Sequence record: SRR31156797_403
Reading direction: 5' to 3' (one strand)
DNA: 46,301 nt
The notes under the pieces are model-generated. The model made no database searches, was not told where the DNA came from, and worked only from the letters and a program-made list of their open reading frames with translations. The translations under genes were made by a program, and so were the position numbers. Of the stretch, positions 38,931-46,301 are shown one piece after another. How positions within the stretch are numbered: the stretch's first letter is position 1; each line of letters opens with the position of its first letter.

Positions 38931-39878
38931 ATGAAGAAGAAGATATTAGTTACCGGTGGTGCAGGCTTTTTGGGTTCACACCTTTGCGAAAAACTGTTGA
39001 AACTGGGAAACGAGGTGATTTGCCTGGATAATTATTTTACCGGCCAAAAGCAGAATGTAGTTCACCTGCTCGACAATCCTTATTTTGAATTGATCAGGCA
39101 TGACATCACAATGCCCTTTTTTATTGAGGTCGATCAGATATACAATCTGGCTTGTCCTGCATCTCCAATACATTATCAGTACAACCCGATTAAAACCATA
39201 AAAACATCTGTGATGGGTGCAGTTAACATGCTTGGATTGGCCAAACGTATTAATGCTACAATTTTGCAGGCTTCCACTTCGGAGGTATATGGTGATCCTG
39301 AAGTACATCCGCAAAAAGAAGATTACTGGGGACATGTTAACCCGATCGGTATTCGCGCATGCTATGATGAGGGGAAAAGGTGCGCCGAGGCCTTGTTTGT
39401 AAATTATCACCGCCAGAATGATGTGAAAATCAAGATACAACGTATTTTCAATACGTATGGGCCCAGGATGCATCCAAATGACGGCCGTGTGGTTTCCAAT
39501 TTCATTGTTCAGGCGCTCAAGGGGAAAGATATTTCAATTTATGGCGATGGGTTACAAACCCGGAGTTTCTGCTATGTTGATGATTTGCTTGAAGGTATGG
39601 TCAGATTGATGAACTCACGTGAAGATTTTTCAGGGCCGGTAAACATTGGTAATCCAAACGAATTTACCATTAAGGAACTTGCCGAACTGGTTATTGAACT
39701 TACCGGAACCAAATCAAAATTAATCTTTGAGCCACTGCCTTCTGACGATCCGATGCAGCGCCAGCCCAATATTGAGCTTGCCAAAAAAGAACTGGACTGG
39801 GAACCTAAAATTCAGCTGCGAGAAGGTTTAATCCATACCATAAACTATTTCAAATCCATCGACCTGAAAGATATTTAA
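38931..39878 (+). CDS. uxs: UDP-glucuronic acid decarboxylase (UDP-xylose synthase)
   Basis: [55 protein letters not shown]. Confidence 0.9.
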   Translation: MKKKILVTGGAGFLGSHLCEKLLKLGNEVICLDNYFTGQKQNVVHLLDNPYFELIRHDITMPFFIEVDQIYNLACPASPIHYQYNPIKTIKTSVMGAVNMLGLAKRINATILQASTSEVYGDPEVHPQKEDYWGHVNPIGIRACYDEGKRCAEALFVNYHRQNDVKIKIQRIFNTYGPRMHPNDGRVVSNFIVQALKGKDISIYGDGLQTRSFCYVDDLLEGMVRLMNSREDFSGPVNIGNPNEFTIKELAELVIELTGTKSKLIFEPLPSDDPMQRQPNIELAKKELDWEPKIQLREGLIHTINYFKSIDLKDI

Positions 39879-39879
39879 T

Positions 39880-40764
39880 ATGTTCAACATTTTAGTAACG
39901 GGATGCAACGGCCAGTTGGGAAATGAAATCCGTATTTTGTCAGGCGAATATCCGGATTACCGGTTTATATTCACCGATGTTGCGGAACTGGACATCACCA
40001 AACCAGAGGCGGTAGAGAAATTAATGGACATCGAAAATGTGGATTGTATCATTAATGCTGCCGCATACACTGCTGTTGATAAGGCTGAAGAGGAACCCGA
40101 ATTTGCAAATTTGATCAACGGGCAAGCTGTTGGGATACTTGCCCGGGCTGCCAAAGACAGACATGTTCTCCTGGTTCATGTATCTACCGATTATGTGTTT
40201 AATGGCAGGGCCCATCAACCCTTGAAGGAAGATGAAAAACCAGATCCTGTATCCGCTTATGCTTCGTCAAAGTTACTTGGCGAACAAAAGCTCCTGGAAG
40301 CCCACGGAAAAGGGGTGATCATGAGAACCTCCTGGCTTTATTCATCTTTTGGGAAAAACTTCGTAAAATCGATGATCAAATATGGACGTGAAAGGGAGTC
40401 GCTAAATGTGGTTTACGACCAGGTGGGAACGCCAACTTACGCCTCCGATCTGGCTAAAACAATCCTGGATTTAATCCCCGAATGGAATAAACTTGATGAA
40501 CCGGAAATTTTTCATTATTCCAATGATGGTGTGGCAAGCTGGTATGATTTTACTGTGGCAATTCACGAAATAGCTGGAATTGAATGCAAGGTCAATGCCA
40601 TCGAAACAAAGGATTATCCCCTTCCGGCGAAGCGACCGTTTTATAGTTTGATGGCCAAAGATAAAATCAGGAAAACATATCATTTGGATATTCCGCACTG
40701 GCGGGAAAGCCTTAAAAAATGTGTAAGGATAATTTTAAACGATGAAGCTGAAAACAAAGGCTAA
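39880..40764 (+). CDS. rfbD: dTDP-4-dehydrorhamnose reductase
   Basis: GCNGQLG, NAAAYTAVDKAE, STDYVF, YASSK, RTSWLY, DQVGTPT. Confidence 0.93.
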   Translation: MFNILVTGCNGQLGNEIRILSGEYPDYRFIFTDVAELDITKPEAVEKLMDIENVDCIINAAAYTAVDKAEEEPEFANLINGQAVGILARAAKDRHVLLVHVSTDYVFNGRAHQPLKEDEKPDPVSAYASSKLLGEQKLLEAHGKGVIMRTSWLYSSFGKNFVKSMIKYGRERESLNVVYDQVGTPTYASDLAKTILDLIPEWNKLDEPEIFHYSNDGVASWYDFTVAIHEIAGIECKVNAIETKDYPLPAKRPFYSLMAKDKIRKTYHLDIPHWRESLKKCVRIILNDEAENKG

Positions 40765-42829
40765 TAGATTTTTTAAAAGTCATATCATTTTCATGGGGTT
40801 GTTTTTATTAATAACCCCATTTGTTTACACAGAAATGGTACTTGACCCGGTTTTACTTCCACGAACAATTTACCTTACGTTTATAAATCTTCTATTCCTG
40901 GTTCATCTTTTTTTTCAGGTCAAACAAAAAAAAGTTAACGCGCAGGTGGTCAATAGTCCGCTTACCTTGATTTTTCTTGGTTATATTTTACTATCAGGTG
41001 TTTCAGTAATTTTATCAATAAACATCGGTGAAGGCATTTGGAAATTCATGAGAGGCACCCTGTTTTTTATGATATTCATAAATTTTGCACTTGCTTTTAG
41101 TAGAGCTGAAAAATACCACCTTCCAGTGTTAATGCTTTTTGTGCTGTTTTCTGCAATTGTCCTTTCGCGCGGAATAATCCAAACACTGGAAGTGGCTGCC
41201 AGTGGGCCGCTAAACCATGCATCATCCTACCAAATTAATTCATGGTTTGCACACCGGAACTTATTTGCCCAGGTTTTGCTGTTTACTTTGCCCTTTATTG
41301 GACTGGCTGCTTTTAAGCTTGGTAAAATATGGAGAATAATTTCTGTGGTTTTGGTCATACTTTCCCTCGTAATGATTACCATGCTTCTTGTTAGATCGGT
41401 ATGGCTTGCATTGGTTGTTGCGGTTGTAACTTGTATCCTGATGGTCACAGTCTTTAGAAAATCTATTGGGGTTTCGGGGCAGATATTCCGTAAAATGAGC
41501 GTCTACCTTTTTGGGGGGCTTTTGGTGATCATGATTTCCATAGCAGTTTATGCCCGTTTCGAATCCATCGAGACATTCGAAAAGCAAACCTATGTACTTC
41601 AGAACTACCGTTTTGGATCTGCAATCGAAAGGGTGCACCTCTGGGAGAAGTCGCTGGAGATGTTTAAAGAAAGTCCTGTAATCGGTATAGGATCAGCCAA
41701 CTGGCAGGTTTACCTTCCCAATTATGGCACCGAAGGCATGCGGTCTTCGGAGGGCGAAATTATTTATCAAAGGCCACATAATGATTTTTTGTGGGTACTT
41801 TCTGAAAACGGGATCGTAACTTTTATTTGTTTTGGGTTGTTGTTTCTAATCCTTTTATTTTACCAGGTTCAGGTGATCCGCAAAAGTGATAATCAGGATT
41901 CAAAGCTGTTTGTGTTGTCACTTTTCTTTTTCATGATCAGTTATGGAATTGTGGCGTTTTTGAGTTTCCCGTCCGAACGGCCTGTTCCTTCATTATTATT
42001 GATGGTGGTTTTTGCTTTTACCCTGGTTGAATACCAAAAGGTTAATCCGGCCAAGAGTTGGCTCGCAAAGTCCACGTTACCAGGTATTTTGGTGGTTTTT
42101 GTGCTTTTGTCTTCGATAATCGGATATGTGGGCGTCAGAAAATTGCAAAGCGAAAAGCATGTGCGAAACGCCTTACAGTACCGCGTTAACAATCAGTGGC
42201 AGCAGGTGATTGATGAGGTTGAACAGGCTGATGATTTTTTTACCCGACTTGATCCAACAGCAACACCTTTGAGGTGGTACAGTGGGCTGGCATGGTTTAA
42301 CCTGGGAAAAAAGGATAAGGCCCTGGCTGATTTTTATGCAGCCTATAAATCAAATCCCTATCACATGCATGTACTCAATAACCTGGCTACTATTCTTGGG
42401 GAAAAGGGTGATTATGCTTCTGCAATCGAATATTTAAAAGAGGCAGTTCGAATATCTCCTTATTTTAATGACGCTGTTATTAACCTGAGTTCTTCACTCT
42501 TCAACATTAGGAAAACAGATTCGGCTTACATGATAATTAGAAGTGGACATGAAATAAAGGGTCATCCCAACTATCCCAAAGTTGTCCAGGCACTGGTTTA
42601 CAGAAAAGTGGAAAACCTGAAAAAGGCTATTGAGGATCGTGACCTGAAAATGACCCTGACCAGGATCAGGAATTCAGGCGAATGGATGATCAAAGTGCAT
42701 GAACAGTCGGTAAAGGATGATGTGCCGCTAAATGACCAGCTGATAATTGAATCCATTTATCTGCTCGAACGTGTTGATAAATCCATCGACAGTACCCGGG
42801 CAAACTACCTGAGAAAAAAATATTTGTAA
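40742..42829 (+). CDS. O-antigen ligase family (Wzy_C) membrane protein with C-terminal TPR
   Basis: About 12 TM segments. HRN, RSVW, ERVHLW...PVIGIG, RPHNDFL...ENG. TPR with HVLNNLA. Confidence 0.85.
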   Translation: MKLKTKANRFFKSHIIFMGLFLLITPFVYTEMVLDPVLLPRTIYLTFINLLFLVHLFFQVKQKKVNAQVVNSPLTLIFLGYILLSGVSVILSINIGEGIWKFMRGTLFFMIFINFALAFSRAEKYHLPVLMLFVLFSAIVLSRGIIQTLEVAASGPLNHASSYQINSWFAHRNLFAQVLLFTLPFIGLAAFKLGKIWRIISVVLVILSLVMITMLLVRSVWLALVVAVVTCILMVTVFRKSIGVSGQIFRKMSVYLFGGLLVIMISIAVYARFESIETFEKQTYVLQNYRFGSAIERVHLWEKSLEMFKESPVIGIGSANWQVYLPNYGTEGMRSSEGEIIYQRPHNDFLWVLSENGIVTFICFGLLFLILLFYQVQVIRKSDNQDSKLFVLSLFFFMISYGIVAFLSFPSERPVPSLLLMVVFAFTLVEYQKVNPAKSWLAKSTLPGILVVFVLLSSIIGYVGVRKLQSEKHVRNALQYRVNNQWQQVIDEVEQADDFFTRLDPTATPLRWYSGLAWFNLGKKDKALADFYAAYKSNPYHMHVLNNLATILGEKGDYASAIEYLKEAVRISPYFNDAVINLSSSLFNIRKTDSAYMIIRSGHEIKGHPNYPKVVQALVYRKVENLKKAIEDRDLKMTLTRIRNSGEWMIKVHEQSVKDDVPLNDQLIIESIYLLERVDKSIDSTRANYLRKKYL

Positions 42830-42955
42830 ACCGGGTAGCAGCATCTTTTTGTTTTTTTTGACAAAAAGCTTTACACTCCCCCCACAATTTTTGTATTTTT
42901 GTAAATACATTCTGCTAATTTGCAGATGTTTAAGCTAAGGTAAAAAAGCAATTTC

Positions 42956-44503
42956 ATGAAAGCTATATTTCCTTTAATCAGCAAATTCAGTAATCGTATG
43001 GTATTATTACTGACGATTTTACTGGCTTTCTCAAACGTTATGATTTCACAGGTGCTCACCGGAGTTGATCCCGATGAGGGTATGCAGGGCGAAACACTCG
43101 ATCTGGTAATTTCAGGCCAGAATACGCATTTCCTCCAGGCTACATCCATTACGGTAAACCTTCAACAGGGGTCCGCGACAATCATCATGCCTGAGCAAAT
43201 TGGTTTCATGTCAAACCAGGCTATTCAGGCAACATTTGGGTTTTCCTTTTCACACGACCCTGGGATGTATGATTTAAAGGTGGCCAATGAAATTGACGAT
43301 ACCATGTACCTGTATGATGCCTTCGAAATTCAGGAAAATCCGGTTCAACCTGAACTTGTTGGTATTGACCCCAACACAGCTGTTCAGGGTGAGGAACTTG
43401 ATTTGATCATTTCCGGTCAGAATACCCATTTTCAGGCAAGCACAACTACTGTAGCACTCAAACAGGGATCAGTGACCATATTGCCACAATACAAGCAAGT
43501 TTTAAACGATAGCGAAATCAGCGCACATTTTGCATTTAGTGTTTATCACCCCATAGGTGTTTATGATTTGCATACAGACAATTACTTTGATGGCCCGCTA
43601 ACCCTTCCTGATGCATTTATCCTTGAATTGGGCGAAGCTCCATCACTTGCAGGAATTGAGCCGGCATCAGCACCCAATGGCACGTTGTATAATTTTAACG
43701 TATATGGTGAAAATACACATTTCCTTGATGCATCCGGGCATATGGCCTGGCTAATGCAAAATGGCACGGAGATAATTGGCCTGGAGTACGATGTGATAAA
43801 TAATGAACACTTGCAGGGTACTGTTGTGTTGCCACATATTAGCCCGCCAGGTTCGTGGGATTTGCATGTGGTGAATAATCTTGATGGAGAGGTTATTTTG
43901 GAAGATGCTTTTGTACTGGAAGAAAATCCCGAGGATCCTGTGGTGCTTTATATGGAGCCTGATTCAGCTTATCTTGGACAGTCAGTGGAAGTTAACACTT
44001 TTAGCCAACATACGTTTTTCGACTGGGCGCTATCCCTCAACGCCTGGATGAAAAAATCAGGTTCCTTCCAGAATATTTATAACCAGGGTATTCAAATTAT
44101 TGGAGATGAGGAATTGAAAATTGATTTCATTATATCCCAGGATGCCATTCCGGGTTATTATGATATATACATCACAGACAATCTCGATGGCGAAATGGTT
44201 GGCATTGAGCAGTTTTATATTATCGATACCATTACGGGTGTTGAGGAGTATTTAAAAACCGGATGGCTTAACCTCTATCCAAATCCGATCAGAAGTGAAG
44301 TTTATATTTCAAGTTATGAAACATTGAAAGCATGCAGGCTCACGATCAATAATTTTGCAGGTCAGCAAATTGAAGTTTATTATTTTGATTTGTATAAGGA
44401 TGTACCTTTTAAAATTGATTTTAGCAATTTACCTGAAGGGATGTATTTCCTGAACCTGGTTAACCAGGAGCATGTGATTAGCAAAAAAATTATAAAATAC
44501 TAA
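42956..44503 (+). CDS. T9SS-secreted protein with four tandem IPT/TIG-like repeats
   Basis: Four repeats of about 100 aa (L.G.DP....QG....I.G.NTHF) and a CTD LYPNP...GMYFL...KKIIKY. Confidence 0.8.
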   Translation: MKAIFPLISKFSNRMVLLLTILLAFSNVMISQVLTGVDPDEGMQGETLDLVISGQNTHFLQATSITVNLQQGSATIIMPEQIGFMSNQAIQATFGFSFSHDPGMYDLKVANEIDDTMYLYDAFEIQENPVQPELVGIDPNTAVQGEELDLIISGQNTHFQASTTTVALKQGSVTILPQYKQVLNDSEISAHFAFSVYHPIGVYDLHTDNYFDGPLTLPDAFILELGEAPSLAGIEPASAPNGTLYNFNVYGENTHFLDASGHMAWLMQNGTEIIGLEYDVINNEHLQGTVVLPHISPPGSWDLHVVNNLDGEVILEDAFVLEENPEDPVVLYMEPDSAYLGQSVEVNTFSQHTFFDWALSLNAWMKKSGSFQNIYNQGIQIIGDEELKIDFIISQDAIPGYYDIYITDNLDGEMVGIEQFYIIDTITGVEEYLKTGWLNLYPNPIRSEVYISSYETLKACRLTINNFAGQQIEVYYFDLYKDVPFKIDFSNLPEGMYFLNLVNQEHVISKKIIKY

Positions 44504-44510
44504 TATTGAT

Positions 44511-46253
44511 ATGGGAAAAAAGCAAATCGATCCAAATGTAATGGAAAGAGCCAACGAATGGCTGAGTGGAGATTATGACAAAGCGACCAGAGCGTCCGTT
44601 AAAAAAATGATGGACAATAGCACGGATGAACTGGTAGAATCCTTTTACAGAGACCTGGAGTTTGGTACAGGCGGGCTTCGCGGAATAATTGGAGTGGGCA
44701 CCAACCGAATGAACAAATATACTGTTGGCGCTGCAACACAGGGTATTGCCAATTATCTGAAGAAAGTGTATCCCAAAGAAAAAGAATTGCGGGCAGCCAT
44801 TGCATACGATTGCCGGATTAAAAGTGATGAATTTGCAAAAGTTACCGCTGATGTTTTTTCAGCAAATGGCTTTAAGGTTTATCTCTTTGATGCTTTGCGG
44901 CCAACACCGGAACTCTCTTTTGCTATAAGGCATTTCAATTGTCATACTGGTGTAATGATAACTGCATCACACAACCCGAAGGAGTATAACGGGTATAAAG
45001 CGTACTGGAATGATGGTGCCCAAATGATCCCGCCTCATGATAAAAATGTGATTGATGAAGTAAAGAATATCAAAGTAAAGGATGTGAAATTTCAGGGTGT
45101 TGAGAAAAATATCGTGATGATAGGAGAGGAGATAGACGATTTATACCTTGCAGAAATTAAAAAACTATCAGTTTCTCCGGGCTCCAACAGGCGCCAGTCC
45201 GAGTTAAAACTCATCTACACGCCACTTCATGGTACAGGGGTTCATCTTGTTCCAAAGGCGTTGGAAATGTTTGGTTTCGAAAATGTGTTTAAAGTATATC
45301 AGCAGGATGTAAACGATGGGAACTTTCCTACCGTTGTTTCTCCCAATCCCGAAGAACCCGCTGCGCTTGAAATGGCTCTCGACAAGGCACGAAAAGTTGA
45401 TGCTGAACTGGTAATGGCAACCGATCCTGACGCCGACAGGGTTGGTATTGCTGTTAAAAATCTGAACGACGACCTTGTGCTGCTCAATGGTAACCAAACA
45501 GCTTCGGTGTTGATCTATTACCTGCTGATGATGTGGGATAAAAAGGACAAGCTTACCGGCAACGAATTTATCGTTAAAACCATTGTTACCACAGAATTAC
45601 TGGTTGATATCGCCAAAAAATATGGCGTGGAATACTACGATGTGCTTACAGGTTTTAAATGGATCGCAGATAAAATTAAAGCAAACGAAGGCAAGAAAAC
45701 TTTCATTGCCGGCGGTGAAGAAAGTTATGGTTATATGATCGGCGATTTTGTACGCGACAAAGATGCCGTAGCATCATGTGCCATAATTGCCGAGGTAGCA
45801 GCCTGGGCGGCTAATCAGCGGAAAAGCTTTTTTGATATTTTGGTGGATATTTACGTTGAGTTTGGTTTTTACAAGGAGCGCCTGCTTTCGGTTACCAAAA
45901 AAGGAAAGTCAGGTGCCGAGGAAATCCAAAAGATGATGGAAGGCTTCCGTACCAAGCCACCCAAACAGATTGATGGTTCTGATGTGATTTCCATCAAGGA
46001 TTACCTTACAAGTACAGAAAAAGATCTGTTGAGTGTTAAGGAAAAGAAGATCGACCTGCCAAAATCAAATGTGTTGCAATTCTTTACCGCTGATGGTACC
46101 AAGATCAGTATGCGCCCATCAGGTACCGAACCGAAAATCAAATTTTACTTTGGGGTAAAGGATGAACTTCCCTCCAAAGAAATGTTTGACGAAGTGGATG
46201 CCAGATTAGAAGCTAAAATTGATGCGGTAATCAAGGATTTAAAACTGAAATAG
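44511..46253 (+). CDS. pgm: Phosphoglucomutase/phosphomannomutase
   Basis: FGTGGLRG, TASHNP (phospho-Ser), DPDADR, GEESYG, RPSGTEPKIKFY. Confidence 0.93.
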   Translation: MGKKQIDPNVMERANEWLSGDYDKATRASVKKMMDNSTDELVESFYRDLEFGTGGLRGIIGVGTNRMNKYTVGAATQGIANYLKKVYPKEKELRAAIAYDCRIKSDEFAKVTADVFSANGFKVYLFDALRPTPELSFAIRHFNCHTGVMITASHNPKEYNGYKAYWNDGAQMIPPHDKNVIDEVKNIKVKDVKFQGVEKNIVMIGEEIDDLYLAEIKKLSVSPGSNRRQSELKLIYTPLHGTGVHLVPKALEMFGFENVFKVYQQDVNDGNFPTVVSPNPEEPAALEMALDKARKVDAELVMATDPDADRVGIAVKNLNDDLVLLNGNQTASVLIYYLLMMWDKKDKLTGNEFIVKTIVTTELLVDIAKKYGVEYYDVLTGFKWIADKIKANEGKKTFIAGGEESYGYMIGDFVRDKDAVASCAIIAEVAAWAANQRKSFFDILVDIYVEFGFYKERLLSVTKKGKSGAEEIQKMMEGFRTKPPKQIDGSDVISIKDYLTSTEKDLLSVKEKKIDLPKSNVLQFFTADGTKISMRPSGTEPKIKFYFGVKDELPSKEMFDEVDARLEAKIDAVIKDLKLK

Positions 46254-46271
46254 GAATTAAATAAACGGCAC

Positions 46272-46301
46272 AAAAACGCCATCCTGAAATTTCAGGATGG
46301 C
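46272..46301. terminator. Terminator hairpin at the window end
   Basis: Perfect 24-bp palindrome GCCATCCTGAAATTTCAGGATGGC (46278-46301) preceded by AAAAAC. Confidence 0.75.

Noticed and set aside
46278-46301. Terminal perfect palindrome as a transposon end or hairpin telomere
   Set aside because: Its position just after the pgm stop and the flanking A-run fit an ordinary intrinsic terminator

Overview
A 46.3 kb gene-dense chromosomal window from a Bacteroidota genome, probably Bacteroidales. The assignment is inferred from three T9SS C-terminal sorting domains, TAnnTTTG promoters and a beta-propeller sensor kinase. I saw no rRNA, tRNA, CRISPR array, transposase or phage genes. Most genes are housekeeping or envelope genes: a C25 peptidase, rsgA, pcrA/uvrD, mltF, dcp, katG, an ECF sigma module, and ugd-uxs-rfbD with an O-antigen-ligase-like gene and pgm. 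The best candidate for an undescribed system is the minus-strand cluster at 7960-14877. It encodes a Ddl-like ATP-grasp ligase fused to an M20 peptidase domain in which the metal ligands and catalytic Glu are all substituted. That gene is translationally coupled to a stand-alone class I glutamine amidotransferase, which has a structured 5' leader able to occlude its start codon. A second GATase paralog is coupled to an orphan sensor kinase. Other notable items are an archaeal-type GAPOR-like enzyme, a SWIM-SNF2 protein with a degenerate motif V/VI, and a tandem pair of small secreted genes with a conserved upstream box and Shine-Dalgarno sites. There is also a 21-bp-periodic operator array, an unannotated 37-aa membrane ORF, and two genes broken by single lesions (one frameshift, one in-frame TAG). 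All family calls come from motif recognition by eye; no searches were run.
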